Of a stretch of 64,000 bases of DNA, positions 30,324 through 39,986 are shown in pieces; position 1 is the first letter of the stretch; each line of letters begins with the position of its first letter. Source of the DNA: a virus; the IMG/VR virus record IMGVR_UViG_3300044910_000908, positions 1-64,000 of that record; one strand, 5' to 3'. The notes beneath the pieces are model-generated. The model worked only from the letters and a program-made list of their open reading frames with translations, searched no databases and was not told where the DNA came from. A program made the position numbers and the translations under genes.

Positions 30324-31361
30324 TTAAAATGTTACAATTTTATTAAATTGCTTAATTTCTGGTATATTAGGTTTATTATTCCAATAATCCCATCTATGAT
30401 ATAGAGGTGCTAAATGAACATTTTTTGGACGTTCCATATAAGTGTTCATATAATCTATAGGTGATATTATAAACATTTCTTGTGTTCTTGTAAACAGTTT
30501 CCAATTATTTTTTTCACATAATTGTTTTAATTTATTGTTAAAATATTCCATGATAATAGTTCTTTCTTTTTGAGAACCATAAAAAGGAGTATTTTCAAAA
30601 AATCCAGTTTTTGGAATTCTTCTAGATTCATCTTCAATAGGTAATAATTCAACTAATTCAATATTTTGAATATTTAAATCTAATAATTGGCGTTCATATT
30701 CTAATAATATTTCATCTATTTCTTTTTTTGGATCAGAATTTCTAAGTATATGATGTCTTATATCTATATTACCCCAATAACAAGTAATATAATTTAATTG
30801 AGTAATATCTATATTATTATCTTCTATTTCTTTTTTAATTGTTTTTCTTAAAACACCTTTTAAAGTTCTTCCATCTTTTCTCACAACCATTGCATTTGAA
30901 TAAAATGTTGAAAAACTATGTGAATCACCAATTATCAATTTATCAGTATTAGGATTTAAATAATATTCTTTAACTTCTAAACATTTTTTTGAAATTGCTT
31001 CCCAATCTATAGCTTTCCAATAATCATCTGCTGTTTTTCTACTTGAACATAGAAATCCATAATCAGGCATTGGCATATCTAATGATATTAATTTTGCTGA
31101 AGTTGTTCCAATTCTTTCATAAAATTTAGCGTTTTCTATTGTAGCACCACCAAATAAATTTAAAGAACCTTTAAATTCCATTCCATGATATAAATAAATT
31201 TCGTCATAATTATTCCAATCTTCATTATTATGTAAGACTTCAACTTGTTTATTCAATTCTTTAGATAATTGACAAGCTCTTAAATGAGCCCATGCATTTT
31301 TATGAGAATATTTTGAATTAGTTAATTTTCCACTTACTAAATCTATAGCAATTTTAGTCAT
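30324..31361 (-). CDS. SGNH/GDSL-like protein with an extra N-terminal domain
   Basis: LIIGDSHS (block I), WGNIDIR (block III-like), MERPKNVHL (block V His); N-terminal SH..W and YHG..F.GSLNLFGG; C-terminal IVTF. Confidence 0.65.
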   Translation of the reverse strand: MTKIAIDLVSGKLTNSKYSHKNAWAHLRACQLSKELNKQVEVLHNNEDWNNYDEIYLYHGMEFKGSLNLFGGATIENAKFYERIGTTSAKLISLDMPMPDYGFLCSSRKTADDYWKAIDWEAISKKCLEVKEYYLNPNTDKLIIGDSHSFSTFYSNAMVVRKDGRTLKGVLRKTIKKEIEDNNIDITQLNYITCYWGNIDIRHHILRNSDPKKEIDEILLEYERQLLDLNIQNIELVELLPIEDESRRIPKTGFFENTPFYGSQKERTIIMEYFNNKLKQLCEKNNWKLFTRTQEMFIISPIDYMNTYMERPKNVHLAPLYHRWDYWNNKPNIPEIKQFNKIVTF

Positions 31362-31728
31362 TTAATTATATCCAATTTTCATGATCATTGAATTGATCTA
31401 TAAACAATTTTCCAATTTCAGAATAAAAACCTTCTGGGTCTTCCTTTCGTTTATCATCCAATAAAGTTTTATTATCAATAAATCCAGTAAATCGAATAAT
31501 ACTATCTCCTGTTGATGCATTTGCTGCATCATAAATTCCTGTTAATTCAATCATTTGGTTTAATCTCCAATTTCTCGTGCTTCTCTAATTGCTTTAAGCA
31601 AATCTTTAGCAAATTTTATATATTGTTCGCCAGAAATTGTTGTTTCATTAATAATTGAAGGTCCATAAATTTTACATAAAAATTGAGTAATATCAATATT
31701 ATCAACATCTACACCTTCTTCATAATTC

Positions 31729-32493
31729 TTAATCACTGCTATCATAATTATCTCCTGTATATAATCTAACCATTGACATATTTTGTTCTTTTGAGTATTT
31801 TAAAAAAGCACTTAATATACTTTCATTAGGAGCTATTTTACAAGAAGTTCCCACAATCCCACCTTTCCATGAATTCTTTTTTGGTCCAACTTCTTTGGTA
31901 TAAGTAATATCTACTTCTCGTTTAACAAAATCTTTTTTGAAATATTGTAACCAACACATTATACCAGAACCATGAGTCCAAACTCTTTCTTCCAAATAAC
32001 ATGTCACTATATTATCTTCACCATCATAATCTTTAAATTCTATTTTTACAGGTTTAATAGATTGTTTGATAATTTCTTTAGCACCAAAATCCCATTTTGC
32101 TCTTTTTTTAAAACAACTAAAGTCATTATAAATAATTCCTGCTAAAGAACCATCACCATGATATAATGACCATTTTGCAAAATGCATTCGTTTCCATGGA
32201 ATATCAAAAACTTTGCATTGACTTTGACCAAAGCCTTTTTCATCTTGAATTCCATAATAAATTAAAAAACTATCATCACATGTTGTAATATAATAACTAC
32301 GAGGACATATTCTACCATAATACTTATTTGAATAACTATTCAATTCTTTTTCAATATGAGCTGGAATTATCCAATTTGGAATTTTTAAAAAGTATTCTTT
32401 ATTATGCCCATATTGAAAGAATATTTTTGCATATTCTCGTTCTTCAGTTCGAGATTTAATACCTATTCTAAATTCTTTCATTGAAATGACCAA
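31729..32493 (-). CDS. Hypothetical protein
   Basis: FKDYDGE...EVGPKKNSWKGG; long ORF. Confidence 0.65.
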   Translation of the reverse strand: MVISMKEFRIGIKSRTEEREYAKIFFQYGHNKEYFLKIPNWIIPAHIEKELNSYSNKYYGRICPRSYYITTCDDSFLIYYGIQDEKGFGQSQCKVFDIPWKRMHFAKWSLYHGDGSLAGIIYNDFSCFKKRAKWDFGAKEIIKQSIKPVKIEFKDYDGEDNIVTCYLEERVWTHGSGIMCWLQYFKKDFVKREVDITYTKEVGPKKNSWKGGIVGTSCKIAPNESILSAFLKYSKEQNMSMVRLYTGDNYDSSD

Positions 32494-32804
32494 GAAATAT
32501 TTAATTCAGCATCTTGGTCATTTTCATAATTAACATCTGGAATTGAAAATGAACGTGCAGCTGTGTGTTCAGCTTTATAACCATTCTCTTTTAAAGTATT
32601 AATAATGCTAATTAAAGCTGAAGATGTCATTTCCCCAGTTATAACGTGTATATATGAATATTTTCCTTCTGTAGCATATTCCTGAATTTTATCTTCAATA
32701 ACAGATAAATGTCTTTGAATGATTTGTTGTTCTTTATTTTGAATATGTTTATCGGCCAAATCCCTAGCAACAGTAGCTTTTAGCTCAAAAGGTTTAGTTA
32801 TCAT
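32478..32804 (-). CDS. Hypothetical protein
   Basis: Overlapping operon ORF. Confidence 0.55.
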   Translation of the reverse strand: MITKPFELKATVARDLADKHIQNKEQQIIQRHLSVIEDKIQEYATEGKYSYIHVITGEMTSSALISIINTLKENGYKAEHTAARSFSIPDVNYENDQDAELNISWSFQ

Positions 32805-33130
32805 ATTTCAACATTCTCAACATTAATAGAACTCCATTTTTTTAATTTCTGGAATTTTGCATATTTAGCTTCATGTAAATCTTTATTAGATAATTCGTAT
32901 TCTTGTTGAAGAAGAGAAATCATTGCTAAAGCGTCACCTAATTCTTCAACCAAATGTTGTTTATTTGTTTTACTAGGTTGATTAAAAGGATGATAAGAAT
33001 CAATGCCAAATCGCTTGATTTTAGAAATCACCATAATACATTCAGCAAATTCTTCTTGAGCAATATTTAAGATTTCATTATCCATATAGTATATCCTCTT
33101 TAAATTATTTAAAAATAAATTATATACCAA
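32801..33130 (-). CDS. MazG-like NTP pyrophosphohydrolase (start probably MDNEIL)
   Basis: QEEFAECI...LVEELGDAL. Confidence 0.75.
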   Translation of the reverse strand: MVYNLFLNNLKRIYYMDNEILNIAQEEFAECIMVISKIKRFGIDSYHPFNQPSKTNKQHLVEELGDALAMISLLQQEYELSNKDLHEAKYAKFQKLKKWSSINVENVEI

Positions 33131-33155
33131 TAAATGAATTTTGTAAATATTTTTA

Positions 33156-33551
33156 TTATAATAATTTTAAATGGCCTGTAATTTGATCAATTATCTCAGA
33201 TGGTGCTGGACCTATAGCAAAACAAGTATATGTAGGTTCATTAAATTCAGTTAATCCTAAATCTTGAATTAATGATTTGGGAACTAATGGATAATTATCT
33301 TCAGTAAATTTATACAATTCTAATAGTTCTTCTAATGAATCTACACCAACACATATCTTTTTATAATTTGTTTCCATCCAAATTCTAACTTCGTTTGGGC
33401 ATAATATTGTATAAACATTACTTTCAGAATTATCAAATTTTCCACAATTTAAAATTGCTTTTAAAGAAGCATGAGCTCCTTGAGCAATCATTTTACCTTT
33501 GCGCATATTTAAATCTTTACGCATTACAATCACTTGCTTAATAGAACTCAT
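33156..33551 (-). CDS. pth2: Peptidyl-tRNA hydrolase type 2
   Basis: KQVIVMRKDLNMRKGKMIAQGAHA, KKIC, IQDLGLTE, TCFAIGP, ITGHLKLL. Confidence 0.95.
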   Translation of the reverse strand: MSSIKQVIVMRKDLNMRKGKMIAQGAHASLKAILNCGKFDNSESNVYTILCPNEVRIWMETNYKKICVGVDSLEELLELYKFTEDNYPLVPKSLIQDLGLTEFNEPTYTCFAIGPAPSEIIDQITGHLKLL

Positions 33552-33572
33552 TAATCATATCTCCAAAAATTA

Positions 33573-33791
33573 TTATTTTTTATATTTATTTTTGAAAATA
33601 TCATTAAAAATAGAAGTAAAATCAGATTTGTTTGGAGATGCTGAGTGGTAAAAATCATCTTTTATTTGAACATCTTCATTATCACAAGAAGAACAAATAT
33701 ATTTTAATCCTTTAATTAAGGTGGCATCCCTAATTTCACCTACATACTTATCGCATACAGAACAATAAATTTTTCGTGGGGTTGCAGACAT
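33573..33791 (-). CDS. Small zinc-ribbon protein
   Basis: CSVC...CSSC. Confidence 0.55.
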   Translation of the reverse strand: MSATPRKIYCSVCDKYVGEIRDATLIKGLKYICSSCDNEDVQIKDDFYHSASPNKSDFTSIFNDIFKNKYKK

Positions 33792-34138
33792 TATCTATAT
33801 CCTCTTGTTGTATAATGTTCACCATATTGAACTCTTGATGCTGCACCTTCAACAACAAAATGTCCATAACTTCCCATACATTGTTCATACAAATCTCTAA
33901 ACACATATTCAGAAGCATAACCTTGATAATTAGTTTTTACTTCAGATTGAATAAAAGCTTGTTTATAACATGATTCATAAGCTTTTCTCCAAGCTTGATA
34001 ATTTACTCCAGAAGAGGAATTATGAGGATTAGGATACCAACCTGTATTATTTCCATATCTCCATTCAGGACCATACATATTTTCAGCAAAAACATTATTA
34101 ACTGAAAATAATAAAATTGCTATTATTAGAGTTTTCAT
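33791..34138 (-). CDS. Secreted protein with one disulfide pair
   Basis: Signal peptide (VFA-E); ESCY...EQCM..YG. Confidence 0.65.
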   Translation of the reverse strand: MKTLIIAILLFSVNNVFAENMYGPEWRYGNNTGWYPNPHNSSSGVNYQAWRKAYESCYKQAFIQSEVKTNYQGYASEYVFRDLYEQCMGSYGHFVVEGAASRVQYGEHYTTRGYR

Positions 34139-34425
34139 CTTCTTAATATCCTCAAATTATTGAATTACTACTTGATTATCATGAACAAGAATTTGTGTTG
34201 GAAAACTTTCTACTAATTCGTATTGACCTAAATGATCATAACTAGAACAAATAGTAACCAATTCTAATTTATTTAAATCAACACCAGCCATTTGTAATTG
34301 TAGCAAAGTGTTTAACATATCTTGAGCGTTCATCTGATATTCCTTTTTATCTTTTTCTGAATATGATATTATTATATTCCAATTTTTAAAAAAGTAAATA
34401 AGAAAATTAGAACTAGTTATCCTTT

Positions 34426-34935
34426 TTATCTAATAACATTAAATCCACGATTACGCATACAACTATCATATGAACGTTTATAAGCTTCGTCAGATTTATA
34501 CATTCCATATCCAGCGCCAGCAATACCTGCAGTACTTCCATACATTGCACCAGTTCCAGCATTGCCATTAATAGCACCTATTGCTGCACCTGCTGCAGCT
34601 CCCAAAGCACCACCAACAAGAGTATCCTGAATAATTTCACCTGTTTGATTTGCAGATTGCGACGCTAATTGCTCACATTCTGCATAAGCTCGTTGCATTT
34701 CATATGCACTATTTTGTTGTGGCTGAGGATAACCACCATATTGTTGTTGAGGATAACCTTGATTTTGATATCCATATTGCTGCTGAGGATATCCTTGTTG
34801 TGGGTATCTATATTGTTGAGTTGGATAACCTTGAGAATAAGAATCTACAGTGGGACGATAGCCTCGTTGTTGGGCACATCCAACTAAAGAAAGTGAAATA
34901 ATTGCAGTATTGATAATTAATTTTTTAGTGTTCAT
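34426..34935 (-). CDS. Glycine-zipper lipoprotein with Q/G/Y/P repeats
   Basis: Lipobox LVGC; GYPQQQY repeats; GGALGAAAGAAIG; CMRNRGF. Confidence 0.85.
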   Translation of the reverse strand: MNTKKLIINTAIISLSLVGCAQQRGYRPTVDSYSQGYPTQQYRYPQQGYPQQQYGYQNQGYPQQQYGGYPQPQQNSAYEMQRAYAECEQLASQSANQTGEIIQDTLVGGALGAAAGAAIGAINGNAGTGAMYGSTAGIAGAGYGMYKSDEAYKRSYDSCMRNRGFNVIR

Positions 34936-34977
34936 TTGAGCATTCCTCTAATATAACATGTCATCTATTATTTATTT

Positions 34978-35316
34978 TTAAATATCTAAAACATCGCTAA
35001 TATACATATCTTCGTAATTAGTAGTATTAACCATGTCAGATCCTAATTCTTTTATGAAGTTTAATCCAAATTCATAAAAATCTTCATCAAAATCTTGTGT
35101 TTTATAAAAGAATTCAATACATCTTTCAATTCTAGCTGTTTCAGCTTCAAATGATAATTTAGTTCTTTTATGTAATAATCTAAGACCAGCAATAACTTCT
35201 ACAGCTTTTTCTAATTGAACCATTGCTTTCTTAGTTTCAAACATCGGTTTTTCAACAAATTTTTTAGTCATTGTTTTAATCTCATCAGTTATTAAAAAAT
35301 ATATTTCATCGAACAA
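34978..35316 (-). CDS. Hypothetical protein
   Basis: Downstream of promoter 35322-35349. Confidence 0.55.
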   Translation of the reverse strand: MFDEIYFLITDEIKTMTKKFVEKPMFETKKAMVQLEKAVEVIAGLRLLHKRTKLSFEAETARIERCIEFFYKTQDFDEDFYEFGLNFIKELGSDMVNTTNYEDMYISDVLDI

Positions 35317-35357
35317 GGTATACTATAAACCTTTTTCCAGAAAAGTAAATCTATTTT

Positions 35358-35666
35358 TTAAACCGAGTTATCATTTTCTTCAGGAACAACAACAAATTTA
35401 ATTCTATTAGGAGCAATTGTTTCAAGAAATGTCATTGTTGGTGTATTACACAAATAAGATGATGAACATAAAATTTGAGGGTCACCACCTACTTCCAATA
35501 AACACTCACCTAAATTTATTAATAATTCATCAAAAGGTGATTGTTTTAATACACGTTTAGTATATTTCTCAATCTCAGTTCTAAAAACACTTTTATCAAT
35601 AAAACCAGTACTACTCAATACAGAATATAATTCTTCTTGCTCCTGTTGTAATATATCATCATTCAT
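35358..35666 (-). CDS. Hypothetical protein
   Basis: GAGG SD. Confidence 0.55.
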   Translation of the reverse strand: MNDDILQQEQEELYSVLSSTGFIDKSVFRTEIEKYTKRVLKQSPFDELLINLGECLLEVGGDPQILCSSSYLCNTPTMTFLETIAPNRIKFVVVPEENDNSV

Positions 35667-35793
35667 GCGATTCCTCTTCTTTTAAATAAATTCTGACAAC
35701 TTTGCTTTACGAAGTTCTTGTTTAAGGTTTTTAATTTTATTATAATTAAAAAACCAACGTTTTAATTTTTTATATAGATTTAATAACATGACT

Positions 35794-36258
35794 TTATCTC
35801 CTATAAAATTCAACAACTGTAACATCTTCATTATTAAAAATCTTTTCAATCATTGGTTTAACAGTTCCATCCCAATCACCACCAGCTAATCCACATCCAA
35901 TTTGAGGAAATCCAAATCTTAATCCAGAAAATTCCCTTCTAACATTTGATAATGCTTTATGCATTGCATCATAATTAACAACAACTTCATTATATCTTAA
36001 AGCTGTTCTTTCTTGAATATAAGCATTAACAATAATCAATTTAGCATCAATAACAACATAAGTAAATTGGCCATTTAATTTTTCTTCAACTGACAATTTA
36101 GAATTCAAATCCATTAAATGGGCTTTTGGCCATTTAGTTTTGATTTGTTTTGCAATACCAGCACCCATTATTTTATTAGTATTGCAACCATGAACTAAAA
36201 CATCAATTTCTTCGTTTTCAGCTAAGGTAATTAAATTACCTGTTATATACTTAATCAT
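35794..36258 (-). CDS. Macro domain (ADP-ribose-processing) protein
   Basis: GNL, VHGCN...MGAGIAKQIK, FPQIGCGLAGGDW. Confidence 0.92.
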   Translation of the reverse strand: MIKYITGNLITLAENEEIDVLVHGCNTNKIMGAGIAKQIKTKWPKAHLMDLNSKLSVEEKLNGQFTYVVIDAKLIIVNAYIQERTALRYNEVVVNYDAMHKALSNVRREFSGLRFGFPQIGCGLAGGDWDGTVKPMIEKIFNNEDVTVVEFYRR

Positions 36259-36500
36259 GTCGGCTTATACCATCCAGTTTGTTGTTCAATTTCAGTAAAT
36301 TCATAATTTTCATTCTTATCATATCTTCCTATTTCAAAAGCTCCACAATTAGTACATCTATATGGAGCTACTTGAATACAACAAGAACCATAACTTTCCC
36401 ATTCTGCAAAAGAACTTGCTTTACAGTATGGACAACTCTCAGAAGGGAGAGAATTCGTTTCATGTATTACTCTAAAGCCTTTCATAATAAATTCCCCCAC
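36255..36500 (-). CDS. Small zinc-ribbon protein
   Basis: CPYC...PYRCTNCGA. Confidence 0.6.
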   Translation of the reverse strand: MGEFIMKGFRVIHETNSLPSESCPYCKASSFAEWESYGSCCIQVAPYRCTNCGAFEIGRYDKNENYEFTEIEQQTGWYKPT

Positions 36501-36554
36501 TTCTGTTTTTACCTTGACTAAACTATATCACATTTTTAATTTAATTTAATTGAA

Positions 36555-37112
36555 CTACTTATCAAATTTGAAATCAATAAATCCTATTAAATGCATACCA
36601 CTACTAGAAGTGAAATCTAATTTACGGGTTTTAGAAGTAATACAATCACCATTTCTGTCTTGTTCTGCAGTTGTTGGAGCAGGAGAAGTGTTGCCTTCAA
36701 TAGTTAAAAATCCGGTTTTTTTAATTTCCTTAACGATACCACAATGTCCTGTTCCACCAGTTCCTTTTTGATATAGGAAAATTGAACCAACTGTTGGTTC
36801 TTTACTAACATATTTTCTGCAATTTTTATAACTAACCATAACAGAAGGTGTTAATAATTTTTTAATAATTGTATATGCTTCTTTATTTTCTTTATATGCT
36901 TCCATATAAACAGCTTTAGTAAAAGCTGCACAATAAGGCCATCCAGGAATCCAGCCTGTATTACCCATAATGTCTAATAATTCATCAGATAATTCATTAG
37001 GATTTTTTAATGATTTTGATGACCATTTAGCATTAGGAATTGTTTCATATAATCCAACATATTTAGAACCAATATTTAAAACATTTTTAATTGACATATA
37101 TAATATCTCCAA
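36555..37112 (-). CDS. CHAP-family peptidoglycan hydrolase (candidate endolysin)
   Basis: WPYCAAF (catalytic Cys), GHCGIV (His), TIEGNT; late-promoter motif upstream. Confidence 0.82.
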   Translation of the reverse strand: MEILYMSIKNVLNIGSKYVGLYETIPNAKWSSKSLKNPNELSDELLDIMGNTGWIPGWPYCAAFTKAVYMEAYKENKEAYTIIKKLLTPSVMVSYKNCRKYVSKEPTVGSIFLYQKGTGGTGHCGIVKEIKKTGFLTIEGNTSPAPTTAEQDRNGDCITSKTRKLDFTSSSGMHLIGFIDFKFDK

Positions 37113-37139
37113 TAATAACAGAAATATATATTTATGATG

Positions 37140-37649
37140 TTAAAAAAAATCACCTATAAATTTACCTGAGATATGTTTAAATAAATCATTAGGACCAATA
37201 ACACAACATAATGGAATTTCTAATCCTGATTGAGTAAAATCTTTAGAAACTGGATGGCATAATGCATTTGTTTTCTGTAGAATTGGATAATAAGAATAAT
37301 AATCTTCTACAACATCTAGAACTTTTATTGTTGCTAATCTTGTTGTATTATCAACTGGATTCATTAAAAAAGCTGAATTTTCTACAATAGCACATTCATG
37401 AATTGGCAACCAATCTAATTGACTAGTATCATAGTCACTTACCATAATATGCCAAGTATATGGAATAAAAAATTCTAATCCATTAATTTCAATTTTAATT
37501 GCTGTTCCGTGATTTTCCTCTATAAATGTGATAGGAGATAAAGTAAAATCAAACATTGCAGCAGAAAATGTCCAAAACCATTTTGGTAAGATTGGGGAAT
37601 TATAACCATCAATAATATATGGTTTATGAAAATCTGGTAATATTAACAT
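37140..37649 (-). CDS. Hypothetical protein following UvsW
   Basis: GAGG SD, own promoter 37678-37706; beta-rich. Confidence 0.65.
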   Translation of the reverse strand: MLILPDFHKPYIIDGYNSPILPKWFWTFSAAMFDFTLSPITFIEENHGTAIKIEINGLEFFIPYTWHIMVSDYDTSQLDWLPIHECAIVENSAFLMNPVDNTTRLATIKVLDVVEDYYSYYPILQKTNALCHPVSKDFTQSGLEIPLCCVIGPNDLFKHISGKFIGDFF

Positions 37650-37706
37650 ATTTTTAACATCCTCTGAATAAAATTTTATTATAATATAGTATTGTTAAAA
37701 AGTAAA

Positions 37707-39101
37707 TTAAACTTTTAAACTATATTCACCAACAATTGGATATTCTGCTTCTTTATAATATTTCAATCTATCTTTAAAATGTTTTTTACTCCATTTTAAG
37801 GATGAATATACATCGGCAACATGAGCAATATCTTTATCATCAGATTGTCGTAAACTCCTACCTATTGATTGAATTGCGCGAACAAATGATTTTCCAGCAT
37901 CAATCATCATTAAGTTCATTACTCTGTCAATAGAAATACCAGTTGAAGCAATACCAAAGGTTGCAATAATAATTAATGAATGTTCTGTTTCAAACATATC
38001 ATAATGTTCTTTCCTATCATCAGTAGAAGTTCCTCCATGTAAAAATACAGCGCCTTCTATCATATTAGCTAATTTTTCTCCAAATTGAATAGAATTTACT
38101 AACACCAAAGTATTCCCATATTTTTCACATTGATTAATAATTAAATCAGCTAATACATCTAATCTATCATTATTTTTTGCAAGATATGATTTCTCTGCTG
38201 AATAATCAGGAAAATTTTCTTTGGCTTTTTCTTTTATTTCAAATGATTCTATTTCTACAGGAGTAAGATAACCATTATCCATAAGCCATCTTGCAGACAT
38301 TTGAGTAATAATATTTCCTATTGCTACCTTTAAAGATAAAACATCAGAGGGAGATTTAGGCATAGTTCCAGTAACACCATATTTAAATGGGATATTCTTT
38401 GCATGAGTTGTTAATAATTCTTTAGCCACATTAGCTTTTGCACCATGCGCCTCATCCCAAATGATTGCTTTAATATCTGTTATTTCTAAGACTTTCGGAT
38501 TGTTTTGTAAACTTTGCCATGTAGATACAATATTTGCATGGTAAATATCTTTTTCACTTCCACAATATTTCCCAACATCTAAACCACATTTTACATACCA
38601 TTCAAATGTTTGATTAACTAAATCATTTGAAGGAACTATAGTAATAACATTATGATTTAAATTATTAAATGCCTTAGATATTGCAGCAGTAACAAGCGTT
38701 TTTCCAAAACCGGTAGATAATATTGCAAATCCATTTTGCGCTTCTAATATTTGATTGGTAGCTAATACTTGATGTTCGCGTAATATAACACCATGTTCTG
38801 CAAATATATCTTTATTAATATTTTCAGGATATTCATAATATTTTCTTTTATCATCTAATTCAATAGTATATCCTTCTTTTTCTAATATAGGAATAATATC
38901 AAATAATAAGTTATAATAAGTTTTATTATTTAAATCATAAAATCTTATTTTGCCATCCCATCGACCTAACTTAAATTTGGGGTGAAATTTATAACCGTCA
39001 ACATAAGCCGAAAATTTGTTATTAAGTAATTGAGTAGTTTCTGTTGCTAAACCTTTTAAAGTACAGAATACCTCATCATGTATTGTTATTTTACATATCA
39101 T
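37707..39101 (-). CDS. uvsW: UvsW-like SF2 helicase
   Basis: WDGKIR, LREHQ, STGFGKT, STWQSL, DEAH, GVTGT, STGISI, QSIGR.LR. Confidence 0.93.
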   Translation of the reverse strand: MICKITIHDEVFCTLKGLATETTQLLNNKFSAYVDGYKFHPKFKLGRWDGKIRFYDLNNKTYYNLLFDIIPILEKEGYTIELDDKRKYYEYPENINKDIFAEHGVILREHQVLATNQILEAQNGFAILSTGFGKTLVTAAISKAFNNLNHNVITIVPSNDLVNQTFEWYVKCGLDVGKYCGSEKDIYHANIVSTWQSLQNNPKVLEITDIKAIIWDEAHGAKANVAKELLTTHAKNIPFKYGVTGTMPKSPSDVLSLKVAIGNIITQMSARWLMDNGYLTPVEIESFEIKEKAKENFPDYSAEKSYLAKNNDRLDVLADLIINQCEKYGNTLVLVNSIQFGEKLANMIEGAVFLHGGTSTDDRKEHYDMFETEHSLIIIATFGIASTGISIDRVMNLMMIDAGKSFVRAIQSIGRSLRQSDDKDIAHVADVYSSLKWSKKHFKDRLKYYKEAEYPIVGEYSLKV

Positions 39102-39556
39102 TATAGAACATCCTCTTCTAAAGAGGCAATTCTTATTTTAGTAATATTATTCATTTGCCAGTGAGCAACATCTAATGCATCTAAAATTGCTTGAATTTTA
39201 TATTTAATATGCTCAACTTCTAATAAACATTCACTAATTGTAATCCATTCTGGTTCTTGTTGAATATACATTTGCAAATCTTTTTTATCTAATTGTCGTT
39301 TAGAATTTTCTGTATATTTTTTCCAAAAAAAGCTTTCAGTATTTTCTTTAATTAACTTTAAACTATCGGTATAGGTTTTTAATTCATACGAAGCTTGTTT
39401 GAATTTACGAACTAATAATGGAAGTGTTTTACAAATATATTCAAGTTTTTTACCTTCCATATTAAAAAAATCTTGATGTTCTTCTATTAATAATTCATAT
39501 TTTTCAATATATTTTTCAATATTGTCTAAGTTTTTTGTAATAGCTATAAATGACAT
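39101..39556 (-). CDS. uvsY: UvsY-like recombination mediator
   Basis: Helical, between uvsX and uvsW; WQMNNITKIR C-terminus. Confidence 0.75.
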   Translation of the reverse strand: MSFIAITKNLDNIEKYIEKYELLIEEHQDFFNMEGKKLEYICKTLPLLVRKFKQASYELKTYTDSLKLIKENTESFFWKKYTENSKRQLDKKDLQMYIQQEPEWITISECLLEVEHIKYKIQAILDALDVAHWQMNNITKIRIASLEEDVL

Positions 39557-39718
39557 ATATCCTCGTTAAGAACCATAAAAACACTAATAAAATTCCAAAT
39601 AAAAATTCATCACCGGTACTTGATAACAATTTAGGTAATATAATTATTGTTAAATAAAACAATATTGAAATTTTGCACAATTTAATAATCATATTATATC
39701 ACATTATCTCTTAAAAGT

Positions 39719-39758
39719 AAATAGGCTAGAAAATTATTTATGATTCTCTAGCCTATTT
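39719..39758. terminator. Intrinsic terminator-like hairpin
   Basis: aaataggctaga/tctagcctattt. Confidence 0.6.
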
Positions 39759-39769
39759 CTTATTTCTGT

Positions 39770-39952
39770 TTACTCAACAACAACTTCATCAGAAGATGAT
39801 GAACTACCTTCTAAAGTTTCTAAAGTTTCTTTTACTAATCTAATTGCTTTAGATTTTGAAGTCACTACTTCTTCAACAATAGAACCAGTTTCATCAACAG
39901 CTGATACTACATAACCACCTTTTAATACATCAATACTAATTGAACCTTTCAT
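39770..39952 (-). CDS. Small hypothetical protein
   Basis: GAGG SD; followed by terminator. Confidence 0.6.
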   Translation of the reverse strand: MKGSISIDVLKGGYVVSAVDETGSIVEEVVTSKSKAIRLVKETLETLEGSSSSSDEVVVE

Positions 39953-39986
39953 TTGTTATTACCTCTCTTTTTATATTGTTAAAAAT

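Noticed and set aside
34728-34835. Tandem ggata(a/t)cc...tgttg repeats as a possible CRISPR array
   Set aside because: They are the in-frame codons of the GYPQQQY peptide repeats; no constant repeat with unique spacers
37140-37649. Possible highly degenerate HINT-like fold in the gene after uvsW
   Set aside because: The beta-strand pattern is only suggestive and no catalytic blocks are visible; needs structure prediction
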